DNA of 63,066 bases, taken from a virus. Lineage: Duplodnaviria > Caudoviricetes. Location: the IMG/VR virus record IMGVR_UViG_3300003324_000427, positions 1 through 63,066 of that record, one strand, 5' to 3'. The translations under genes were made by a program, and so were the position numbers. Below the pieces are notes generated by a model. It ran no database searches. It was given only the letters and a program-made list of their open reading frames with translations, and was not told the DNA's origin. Positions 8,849 through 18,645 of this stretch are shown here, piece by piece. Within the stretch, counting starts at the first letter, position 1. The number at the start of each line of letters is the position of its first letter.

Positions 8849-9241
8849 ATGCCAGCGAAACAAGAAGTAGAAGTTTATTCTGACCTGTCATATACGCCAA
8901 TATTAAACCAATTGGGCGACTTGACAACCGTTACGAATCAAGATTCGATAAAACAATCAATTAGAACTATCATAAATACTCCAAAAGGTAGTCGTATATT
9001 TGAACCAGATTTTGGTTGTAATGTTAATTTTTACTTATTTGAGCCGTTTTTACCAGAAACCGGCATGAGAATAGGTAAGGATATTGAATATAATATTTCT
9101 ACCTATGAACCAAGAGTAGACTTACTCAACATAAAAGTAACTCTAGATAATCAAAATGAGGGTTACGCTATTGATGTGGTCTACCGAATCAAAGAAGTAC
9201 AAAAGATTGATACTGTCACAATAACATTACAGAGATTATAA
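8849..9241 (+). CDS. gp25: baseplate wedge / sheath initiator (T4 gp25-like)
   Basis: SIKQSI..II.TPKGSR.FEPDFGC...YEPRV signature. Confidence 0.93.
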   Translation: MPAKQEVEVYSDLSYTPILNQLGDLTTVTNQDSIKQSIRTIINTPKGSRIFEPDFGCNVNFYLFEPFLPETGMRIGKDIEYNISTYEPRVDLLNIKVTLDNQNEGYAIDVVYRIKEVQKIDTVTITLQRL

Positions 9242-9243
9242 AA

Positions 9244-12200
9244 ATGAGTAACAATAACACTGTAAAAAGAACTATTGATTATACAAGCTATGACTTTGAT
9301 GTTCTTAGACAAGAACTCATTGGATATCTCCAAGAAACTAATTCGTTCAAGGACGCCGAATACGTCGCTTCAAACATAAGAACTTGGGTAGACATCTCAT
9401 CATATATTGGCTCTTTGTTCGGTTATTATATCAATTCTGCAGCAAATGAAGTATTCTTACCAACAGCTAAGAAGTATAAGAATCTCAATAAGATAGCTCA
9501 ATTACTCCGTTACGATCCAAGAGGAAAGATTTCAGCAAACGTTGACGTTATTGGTTCATTGAATCCAGAATATGTCTATGGAAAGGAAAATCAATTCATA
9601 GAAATACCAGCATATTCTATTTTTCCATCGTCTCAACCAACCAAGACAGGCGAAGACTTCTCATTTACTAACCCAACTCCTATCACACATATGGTAAAGT
9701 CATATGGTGTTAACTTTGTTCAAGAAGAAGACTTGTCATATAAGGGATATTCTTTCCCTTTCACTGCTCCACGTTCATTCTTTACTGCCGATTTGTCTGA
9801 AACTGGTGAAGTTGTCATTGATCCAACCGGTATTTCATTACCATTAAGCCTCCAAAAACCACTTTCTATCATAGTTAAGACAAGTGAAGACGGATATCAT
9901 GGTTTTGACACTGAAAATTACCCAATGTCTGACCCATCCAACTCACAAAGCGTTGGACAACCATTCACTAAGACAGTAAATACCGTAGAATACGGTAGCG
10001 CAATGGTACCAAACGTCATTTATTACCTAGTATTCAACTACGACAGAGCTACAGCTTCTCCGTATATGACTATTGTTGAGAACATAAACTCATTAGGTGA
10101 TAAGCAAAACGACATTATCTGCTCATTTATCCTTGAACCTACCGACAGCACAGAAAACTTCTACACTTTACGTGTTGAAGAGATGGAAACTTTCAGTCGT
10201 TTCTACGTTGGTGTATTGGGACTCATCAACCTTGAAAGCGTTGCTTGGGAATTTGATGAATTAGCTGAAAGATCAGACGCAGTAGAACGTATCAAGCTCG
10301 TTATCAACAAAGACGGTAACTCGGAACCATTCAGCGTATTGCTTGGTGGTAGAATATTCACGTTTACTAGCGGAACCATTTACTCTCAGAAGTTCCCAAA
10401 GGACTTCTTTGACGCTTCTATCTTGGAATATAACGTAAACCTCATCATAGAAGATGAAAATGACCAAGCTAACAACTACGGCGCACGACTTGAAGTCACT
10501 TCAAATCCACCTATAGCTAATCAAATAACTATAGCTAAGATTAACACTAAGTTTGCTGACCCTGAAACCGATACTACTTCAATAAAGAAGAATCCAGGTA
10601 AGAAGTTTGGTGATTTCCAAGTCTCAAAGACTCCACCAGCAACCACATCAGAACAAAAAGCAGGTAGAGTGTTCTTCAAGAGTGGCGAAACGGTTCAAAA
10701 GATAACTTTCAACGCGCCATTTGAATTAGCAGAAGGCGAAACCAATGTTGAATATCACATTGCTTTAACGCCAGACAACAATGTAAGAACTTGGTGGGCA
10801 AATAAGACAACTTCTGGATTCAATGCTTATGTTGAACCAAACACTCAATACGAAGGTTATGTATCTTGGACAGCAACTAGAGTTATTCAACAGAAGCTCA
10901 TTAGCGTACCTGTCGTTTTCAATCAACCAATACCAACATCAGTAACAGTTGACGGTAATATTTCTAATTACATGGTTCAATTGACACCAAATGAAAACGT
11001 ACAAGTTTGGTACGATAATTTAGGTCCTAATGGATTTGAAGTAAAAGCAGAATTAGACTTCCAAGGTAAAGTATCTTGGTCTGTATTCAATTACTTTGAA
11101 AATGATACCGTTCCTTCTGAACCAGAAAGTGGTTACAGACAAAGAGGACAAGTAAAGTTGAGAGGGGATACCATTGAAAGTGGATTGGACGTAACTCTTG
11201 AAAATTCAATTCCAGATGAAAATTACGCTATACAACTCATTCCTAATAAGAACGTAAACGTCTTCTACACTAATAAAAAGTCAGGCTCTTTCAAGATAAA
11301 CGTTGAACCTGGCATAAATGAAGAAGTAACCGTTGATTGGTATGTTGATTCCACCAACGGATATTCGTTCCAAAGACACGGTGAGATAGAATTTAAGGGT
11401 AGAACAATTGAAAGCTCTAACATCCCAGGATTGTACTTCGTTAATGTTCCGGAAACATTTGAAATAAACGGATTGATACAAGGTTCAGTGGCATTTACAT
11501 CAATAAACTCCAATACTGTAATTGATCAATTGAACAACGGATTGAATCTTGAAATTGACCCTTCTAGAACAAGCGAAAATGACGTTCGTTACATCATAAA
11601 GAATGTCAACGTTTCTACAAATGGAATAAGAGTATTCGTCAAGAATGACTCAGGTACTTGGGACGAATGGGAACGTGGTGGTACTGGATACAATGCCGAC
11701 ACATCCCCTGGTAATAAGACATTCTTGGTAAGAGTCAATGCCGATAGATACGCTATGATTGAATTTGGTGACGGCGTATCTTGGGGTGAAACTCCAATCA
11801 ATAAAGAAAGTCTTATCATTGGTGTTCTTTCCGTAGGTAAGGAAGGAAACATTAATAAGGGCGTCATGTCGCCTAATGTAATACTCTCAAGATACATCCT
11901 CGGAAATGACAGAACTACAGTTGAATTTGAAAAGTCTTTCGTTGACTTATTGGGACTCAAGTCTCAACAATTCTTTGATGGTAATTTACCAGATACTTCT
12001 ATAATTGACTCAGAAAATACCAAGTTGAAGACTAATGACTTGACTATTCAACAGAACAAGAATGCCTTTGGTGGTAATGAAATAGAAACTGTTGATGAGT
12101 TGAGAAAGAATGCTTCCAACTACTTCTTGAGACAAGGAAGAAACGTATCTCTTGGTGACTACGAAAGATTCTCCGAAGAAGTATTCAGTGACTATATTGC

Positions 12201-12873
12201 CAAGACTAAAACATTGACATATAAGCAAATCAAGCAAGCTGGATTGATTTCTGAAACAGAACTTGAGAAGTATTGGTTCAATTTCATCTTCATCGTTGCG
12301 TTGAATAAGGATGGTACCAACTTTATTTCTAAGTCTCTTAGAGATTCGCTATTGGAACAATTAGATAACTCAAGCGCTAAGATGATAGGAACTGAACATG
12401 AAATTGTAGCAGCAACTTGGGTACCAATTGACGTTGTTATCAGATACAAGAAGACTAAATTTGGCAACGCCGAAGTCATAGAAACAGATATGAAAAAGAA
12501 CATAACTGATTTCTTCTCTATTGATAATCACGAATTGGGTTCAAGAATCAATAGCTCTGATATTGATAAGTTGATAAACCTTGATAACGTTGAATCGTTT
12601 GAAGTCATGTTGAATAGAGATGACAATAACAGATTTACATATAATGATTATCGCGTAGAAGTATTTGAAGCCGATGGTGATCCAGAAAAGGTAAGAAGAA
12701 ACAGATTGATGTCCCTGGTCGCTAAGGACCCATCCTTGGTTAAGGTATTCCAACCATTGTTTGATACCATGAAGCTTGATGGAACTCAAGATTGGAACTA
12801 TTCTCTCTACATTCAGTTGTCAGAGTTCGAATTCCCTAAACTTGGGGATATAATAATACAAAGAGAAGAATAA
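9244..12873 (+). CDS. gp6: baseplate wedge protein (T4 gp6-like), enlarged by insertions
   Basis: DYTSYDFD.LR..L..YL N-terminus; IEFGDG..G..P; GG...ET.DELR.NA...Q.R.V...DY; follows gp25. Confidence 0.9.
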   Translation: MSNNNTVKRTIDYTSYDFDVLRQELIGYLQETNSFKDAEYVASNIRTWVDISSYIGSLFGYYINSAANEVFLPTAKKYKNLNKIAQLLRYDPRGKISANVDVIGSLNPEYVYGKENQFIEIPAYSIFPSSQPTKTGEDFSFTNPTPITHMVKSYGVNFVQEEDLSYKGYSFPFTAPRSFFTADLSETGEVVIDPTGISLPLSLQKPLSIIVKTSEDGYHGFDTENYPMSDPSNSQSVGQPFTKTVNTVEYGSAMVPNVIYYLVFNYDRATASPYMTIVENINSLGDKQNDIICSFILEPTDSTENFYTLRVEEMETFSRFYVGVLGLINLESVAWEFDELAERSDAVERIKLVINKDGNSEPFSVLLGGRIFTFTSGTIYSQKFPKDFFDASILEYNVNLIIEDENDQANNYGARLEVTSNPPIANQITIAKINTKFADPETDTTSIKKNPGKKFGDFQVSKTPPATTSEQKAGRVFFKSGETVQKITFNAPFELAEGETNVEYHIALTPDNNVRTWWANKTTSGFNAYVEPNTQYEGYVSWTATRVIQQKLISVPVVFNQPIPTSVTVDGNISNYMVQLTPNENVQVWYDNLGPNGFEVKAELDFQGKVSWSVFNYFENDTVPSEPESGYRQRGQVKLRGDTIESGLDVTLENSIPDENYAIQLIPNKNVNVFYTNKKSGSFKINVEPGINEEVTVDWYVDSTNGYSFQRHGEIEFKGRTIESSNIPGLYFVNVPETFEINGLIQGSVAFTSINSNTVIDQLNNGLNLEIDPSRTSENDVRYIIKNVNVSTNGIRVFVKNDSGTWDEWERGGTGYNADTSPGNKTFLVRVNADRYAMIEFGDGVSWGETPINKESLIIGVLSVGKEGNINKGVMSPNVILSRYILGNDRTTVEFEKSFVDLLGLKSQQFFDGNLPDTSIIDSENTKLKTNDLTIQQNKNAFGGNEIETVDELRKNASNYFLRQGRNVSLGDYERFSEEVFSDYIAKTKTLTYKQIKQAGLISETELEKYWFNFIFIVALNKDGTNFISKSLRDSLLEQLDNSSAKMIGTEHEIVAATWVPIDVVIRYKKTKFGNAEVIETDMKKNITDFFSIDNHELGSRINSSDIDKLINLDNVESFEVMLNRDDNNRFTYNDYRVEVFEADGDPEKVRRNRLMSLVAKDPSLVKVFQPLFDTMKLDGTQDWNYSLYIQLSEFEFPKLGDIIIQREE

Positions 12874-12885
12874 CGGAGATTATGA

Positions 12886-15800
12886 ATGCCATTTTCTGCT
12901 GACTTTGAAATAAAAGGCGATCCAGCTTATTCAAATGAAAAGATAGAATTCAATTCTACTTCAACAACAGGCGTTGTTGTAGATTCTGATGATTTGGAAG
13001 TAGAAGGTGATGTAACGAAAGAGGAAGTATTCTCTAGTGGTGACTCTTATGTCGTTTCTGTTATTACAAAGACTACCTGGACAACCAGCACAGGATACTT
13101 CTTCTCAGGCGACACGTTAATCTATAGTTTCAATGATTCCGGAATTGCCAACGTAGAAATAAGCGTTTATTCTCAGTATTTCGAATATAACGGAAAGAGA
13201 TTCCGCTTCAAGATTTCATCTAATAGAGACGTAACTATATTCTCTAAGTTCTATAAGATGATAATTGATAGATTCCCATTATGGGAACAAAACCAAAATC
13301 AAGCTCAAAAAGATTTATTCTATGCGGCTTCTCAATTCTTTGAAAGAATCTACAAGGACATAAAGAGAACTCTAAACAACATCGACATGGAAATCATAAG
13401 TCCAGACTTGTTTGAATACATGTCATTGACTTTTGGACATGACCCTAACTATTCCAGAAAGGTAGGTGCTGATGTTAATAACGAAGAATTTGATAGCTAT
13501 GACATCTATGAAAAGATAAGAGTAAATAAAGCTACAGACGATGAAATCAAGGCTTTCAGACAATTCTTACTTTTTAGCTCCGCTTTGTTCAAGGGTAAAG
13601 GTACTCCTGACGGATTGAAAGCTTTCTTATCTTTATTCACAATAGACTCCAAAATAATAGAACTTTGGACTCAATATTGGGGATTGAAGACTAAGGGCGT
13701 TACGGACGAAACTTTTGCCGCATTAACTACCTTCACTGACAATTTGTTAGGTTTACGTTGGGTAGACGTAAGAGTAGTTGGTAATAACAACGATGTTGGC
13801 CAATTCTCAAATAACTTCAATTCGTTCACAATAGACAATTACCACCAAGCAGAAAAGGTAGAATACGACGCCGACGTTGTTTCTGTTGTTTCTAGTGGCG
13901 GTGAAAAAGACGGTTGGTATGAGTTTGAAATCTCCGGACTCGAAGAGCTTTTCATTAGCATAAAGAGAGAAAACGGCGACGAAATAGCTGACCCAGAAAC
14001 AAATGTCATTCCGGAATTGTACGATATAGTTCCAAATGTGCCAGTAAGAAATGACCCAAGCAAGCCATATGTTCTTCAATTGTCTCCGGATGTTGTAGAG
14101 CACGGCGATAGATTCTCTTTGAATTTCACCAATGCTATTGAGGAAGAAGTAGATTCTCTTGTTGCTTCTACTAAAGAAAAAGTCAAAAATCTTGACATTA
14201 GCATAAAGTACAAGATTCATGATATTTCTATTCCAGAAAAGAATAGTAACTTTAGATTACCAGAAGATGAAATATTCGTTTGTTTACGCGGTGTTCCAAA
14301 AGATACAGATAGATATGCTGATTTCAACGAATACTACAGAGTGTCAATCAATGCTAGAAGAAATACCTTCTCGTTAGAAAAGGTAGTCGAAAATAACGTC
14401 GGTAAATTGATAACTCAAAAAATAAATCTTTCCGGTGACAAGAATAATTTGATTTTTGATAAGTATATACTTGACCCAGAAACCGATGAACCATATGTCT
14501 TCTTGAAAGATTACATTTACGAATTCAAAGTATCAATCAATGGTGATACTGTATCTGCTTATTTCAGAAAAGCAACGGTTGACGAGGAAATTGAAAGTAA
14601 GATAGCATCCGATGAGGGTGATATTCCTTTCGGAGAAGAAGAAACTGAAACTTGGATTTCGTTAATTGAAAACGTAAGTATAGACGTTGATGACTCATCT
14701 GTCGTATCTACCGATCAAAATGGTGAAGAAGTAATAAGCTATCCATATACCCCAATCACAGACGCCGGCTTTATTGGCGTTGGTTGTCGCAATACTATTT
14801 TTGAAGTCCGCGAAATATATCTTGATAATCTTGATTATGACGAAACTCTTTACTCGACTGAAGATAAAGAAATAAATCTCAAGCCTTTATACCTTGAATG
14901 GCTAAACGATAAGCTTATCAAGTACAACAGCTACCCTAATAACGTTCAAAGCTTCACTAAGCCAATAGAGAAGCCATTTGATAAGGATACTAAGTCCTAT
15001 ACCATTACTGAACAAGAGAAGGACGCTTTGGAGTTCTTCTATTTTGATGGCGCTAATGTTACAGAAGATATTGGAAGTCGTTACACTGTCATATTCAATC
15101 AAGAATGGGTTGATGAAAACTTCACGTCTGAAACTGACGTAATGAGCAAAATAGTAGTTCCGTTCGGTAGCCAACCTTCCTGGTTCATGCCGGAATCAAG
15201 AGTCCATAACAGAGCGGCATATAAGAATTACTACGGTAATAACGAAACTGTTTGGGTAGAAACTGAGCCAACTACAAGTAGTCCTACTACCTCTGACCCT
15301 ACAACCATAACAGCAAGTGGTTATATTCCTGGTTTCTTCAATTACGATTTAGTACCAACATACGACAAATATAAGACAGAACCATTTGATGACTTTTCGT
15401 CAATGGATAGAAATGAAGATGGTTACGGAAAGATACTCTACTTAAACGATAGAATTACTCAATATAAGCTCTCTGGTAACTCATTCTTCTTGAAGGGTGT
15501 GTACGAAGAAGTATCACCACTATCTACGTATTTTGAAGAATTAGATGGCGTAAGAAAATTAGCAGATGACAGTAACTATAAGAATAAAGTATTCTTACCT
15601 ATAGTTTTTAAGACAGCAACTTATAGAAGATTGTTGGGTGTAAGATTTAGACACTGCGACGATATTAAAACTATCATTGACAGAGCAACTTTTGAATTCC
15701 AGAATGAAATTCAACTCTACGGCGCATTTGATTTACACTTCCCGCCGGAAGCTGTAAAGTTTAGACCTGATAGAGAAATCCAATTGCGTCCTTCTCCATT

Positions 15801-18642
15801 CAGAGAAAATTACGTAATAGGTAGAATATACGTACCTCTTGGTGTGTTGAATCCAAGCATCCAGAACTATTCTCTTGGTGCCGAATTCATGCATTTTGTG
15901 GACAATTCCGGAGCAACTGATATTTGGATGGATGGTGTCTATTTCAGAATACCAAAGAACAAAACTATCTATAGAGATAGTTTGAACGAAGTTGAAATTG
16001 AAACAGTAAACCCATTTGAAAATATTGAAAAGGGACTTTCCTGCAGACATTTCTTGAGTGCTGAACTGAATCTCGGTACTAGTCTTGAAGATTATGAAAG
16101 AACAACACTAGAAGACGAAATTTCTAATAAGTATCTCATAAGCTCAAACATTAGAAAGTTTATGAACACGTTGGAAGATACCGAAACTTACGACTATGAC
16201 ACTGATTATCTTTGGTGGTTGCCTAAGCAATTGTTCAGAAAGAGAGATTTCATAATTGCCGAAATGAATGTTGATTCCGATATAGCAACTGGCATAAACT
16301 TCACACCAAGCAGCGGCGTGGACAAATCTTTCTACGGTAACACTTTCCATTCAGCATCCGATGATCCTAAGTTCTTCCAACTTAAAATAACAGACGGTCC
16401 AATCAATAAGAACACTTACTACTACGCTAAGATAGTCGTAAGAATGAACTACTCCGGTTTCAACCAAAGTAACTTGAATAGAGACCAAGATAGCGTTGAA
16501 AGAGAAAATAGACCACTTTCCGGTACGGAAGCTAATAACGTTAAGGTTGTCGGTGGATTGAAGCAGATATATGACAATAACATAATCGCTCCAGTAAAGG
16601 AATGTTTAGACTTCTATGTTCCTATTGCTTGGTATCCAGATGGTGAAGTCCCATCCAATAACATAATTGAATGGGCTAATTACCTAAGAGGTAATTACGG
16701 TAGTTCTTCTACATACCCAACATTGACAATGACTCCTTACGGTTTGATGACTTGGCTCATCCAATACAGCGGCGAACCAAACGCATCGGAATTGGTAGAA
16801 CAAATCGCACAAGTCACTTCCGGTTGGACACTAAGAGACTGGAACGATAGATTCAGAGATTTGGTCAAGATAGAATCGATAGTTGAGAAGATACCTACAG
16901 ATAAGTATTCTCTCTATGAGGAATTCGGCTTTGTCAGCAAGTACGCCCCTAATAACGGCGCATATGTTCAAGTAAATTACGATATTGGCGATTTACCATG
17001 GAAGGTTGAGGACACTGCCAACTTAATACCGAAGGAAATTAATAGCTATTATTTCACAATTCCTAGAGACGTTCAGTCTATAAGAGATTGGGTATTCAAG
17101 GTAGAAAGCCTTAAACTTTACAATTACATCTTACCTCAAAGTTTCTACGAATTCAATTCTCCAACGAAATTCACATTGAACAACGATATTCTATTTGATA
17201 TATTTGACGGTTCTACTTTCAATGGTAGATATTTCTTTGATATATTCTTTGATAGCACGGAGTTTGAAGTTCTATCTGATGATTTTGATAAGACAAGAAA
17301 TCTCACTTGGACAGTATACGAAAATACAGTCGAAGATAAGTTTGAATTAGCAACAAGAAATCCAAGTACGGATATAGTATTTGAAGCAGAAGACCCTACA
17401 TATGAGATAATATCTGTAGATGGTTCTATGGCGTTCAAGAGAATTGACGGCAAGACTGTTTCAAAGTTTGATCCACGTAAATCTGGTTCTTCTCAAGCTA
17501 AGAACAATAGCAATATCACAATTGACGATAACGGCGGTTTCAGTCAAACGGTATACATCATTGATAGTAAGAATGAGGTATTTGATTTAGAAGCTGACGT
17601 ATTCTTTGACGAAGCTCTTGACGAATCGACAGATTACAACGGTAAGAAGTTTGAATTCATCATCAAGTCTAATAGCACGTATAACCCACTCACCAAGAAG
17701 TATAACCTATCGGAATACTACTTCTTAGGTGTCGGTACTTATGGATTTGATATTGCTCTTGGTGTTGCTAAGTATGATTTCACTACCAATAAGGTTAACA
17801 AAACATTCCTAGCTGGATTTGGACAATATAATACGAGAAACATATTGACTCAAACTTGGTACAAGTTGAAGGTTTCTGTGAATAATCAATTCATCAAAGT
17901 AATGTTCAATGAAAGAAATGACAGACCAAGACAGGTTCTCACCTATTGTATTGATCCATCAAGACAGACGGACCCTAATAAGTACCTTAAGGGTGAATTT
18001 GAAGAATTAGTATACTTAGTAACTGGACTTGAAAACCTTGACATAACTTACCCTGAGAAGTTAGCTGAGAAGAGTTCACAAGTATTCTTTGACTCTAATT
18101 GGAATGAAGCATTGGCTAGAGATGTTCGCCCTGTTGGTCCATTCTCCGGATTCAGAGTCTTCAACGATATGACTTACGTAACTAACATCGTCTACAAAGC
18201 TAAGATTGAAGACGATAGAACTTACGGTGAAGTACACGATGTTACTGACTACACGAATGTTGTAAGCAGAATAAAGACTATCTTTGATATCAGCGACGAT
18301 GTTGTTTACGTTGGCAAAACATTGAATGGCTCTATTGTCGTACAGATGGGAAATAACCTATTCTATCAACACGGTTCTAACGATCCAGTCCTTTATAGCG
18401 ACGAAGTAGATAAGGTTATCGTCTTCAAGAGTATAATAATAGTCAAATATATGAGCGATAGCACTATTCAGATGGTAATTGTTGACGAAAACTTCAAGTC
18501 AGAGAGAAATGTCTACGTCAAGGATAGTGGGTTCAACTTCGACCACATCTATAAATATTTACAGTACACACAAAGAGGTATTAGCAACTTGTACGTTACT
18601 AAGGACCATCTCCATATAGTCATGGAAAATATACAGGAATAA
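12886..18642 (+). CDS. large baseplate wedge protein (gp7/P2 gpI-like N-terminal region) with beta-sandwich domains
   Basis: FKGKGT..GL..FL..F....I.ELW motif typical of gp7/gpI-type proteins; directly after gp6; 1918 aa. Confidence 0.65.
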   Translation: MPFSADFEIKGDPAYSNEKIEFNSTSTTGVVVDSDDLEVEGDVTKEEVFSSGDSYVVSVITKTTWTTSTGYFFSGDTLIYSFNDSGIANVEISVYSQYFEYNGKRFRFKISSNRDVTIFSKFYKMIIDRFPLWEQNQNQAQKDLFYAASQFFERIYKDIKRTLNNIDMEIISPDLFEYMSLTFGHDPNYSRKVGADVNNEEFDSYDIYEKIRVNKATDDEIKAFRQFLLFSSALFKGKGTPDGLKAFLSLFTIDSKIIELWTQYWGLKTKGVTDETFAALTTFTDNLLGLRWVDVRVVGNNNDVGQFSNNFNSFTIDNYHQAEKVEYDADVVSVVSSGGEKDGWYEFEISGLEELFISIKRENGDEIADPETNVIPELYDIVPNVPVRNDPSKPYVLQLSPDVVEHGDRFSLNFTNAIEEEVDSLVASTKEKVKNLDISIKYKIHDISIPEKNSNFRLPEDEIFVCLRGVPKDTDRYADFNEYYRVSINARRNTFSLEKVVENNVGKLITQKINLSGDKNNLIFDKYILDPETDEPYVFLKDYIYEFKVSINGDTVSAYFRKATVDEEIESKIASDEGDIPFGEEETETWISLIENVSIDVDDSSVVSTDQNGEEVISYPYTPITDAGFIGVGCRNTIFEVREIYLDNLDYDETLYSTEDKEINLKPLYLEWLNDKLIKYNSYPNNVQSFTKPIEKPFDKDTKSYTITEQEKDALEFFYFDGANVTEDIGSRYTVIFNQEWVDENFTSETDVMSKIVVPFGSQPSWFMPESRVHNRAAYKNYYGNNETVWVETEPTTSSPTTSDPTTITASGYIPGFFNYDLVPTYDKYKTEPFDDFSSMDRNEDGYGKILYLNDRITQYKLSGNSFFLKGVYEEVSPLSTYFEELDGVRKLADDSNYKNKVFLPIVFKTATYRRLLGVRFRHCDDIKTIIDRATFEFQNEIQLYGAFDLHFPPEAVKFRPDREIQLRPSPFRENYVIGRIYVPLGVLNPSIQNYSLGAEFMHFVDNSGATDIWMDGVYFRIPKNKTIYRDSLNEVEIETVNPFENIEKGLSCRHFLSAELNLGTSLEDYERTTLEDEISNKYLISSNIRKFMNTLEDTETYDYDTDYLWWLPKQLFRKRDFIIAEMNVDSDIATGINFTPSSGVDKSFYGNTFHSASDDPKFFQLKITDGPINKNTYYYAKIVVRMNYSGFNQSNLNRDQDSVERENRPLSGTEANNVKVVGGLKQIYDNNIIAPVKECLDFYVPIAWYPDGEVPSNNIIEWANYLRGNYGSSSTYPTLTMTPYGLMTWLIQYSGEPNASELVEQIAQVTSGWTLRDWNDRFRDLVKIESIVEKIPTDKYSLYEEFGFVSKYAPNNGAYVQVNYDIGDLPWKVEDTANLIPKEINSYYFTIPRDVQSIRDWVFKVESLKLYNYILPQSFYEFNSPTKFTLNNDILFDIFDGSTFNGRYFFDIFFDSTEFEVLSDDFDKTRNLTWTVYENTVEDKFELATRNPSTDIVFEAEDPTYEIISVDGSMAFKRIDGKTVSKFDPRKSGSSQAKNNSNITIDDNGGFSQTVYIIDSKNEVFDLEADVFFDEALDESTDYNGKKFEFIIKSNSTYNPLTKKYNLSEYYFLGVGTYGFDIALGVAKYDFTTNKVNKTFLAGFGQYNTRNILTQTWYKLKVSVNNQFIKVMFNERNDRPRQVLTYCIDPSRQTDPNKYLKGEFEELVYLVTGLENLDITYPEKLAEKSSQVFFDSNWNEALARDVRPVGPFSGFRVFNDMTYVTNIVYKAKIEDDRTYGEVHDVTDYTNVVSRIKTIFDISDDVVYVGKTLNGSIVVQMGNNLFYQHGSNDPVLYSDEVDKVIVFKSIIIVKYMSDSTIQMVIVDENFKSERNVYVKDSGFNFDHIYKYLQYTQRGISNLYVTKDHLHIVMENIQE

Positions 18643-18645
18643 TGA

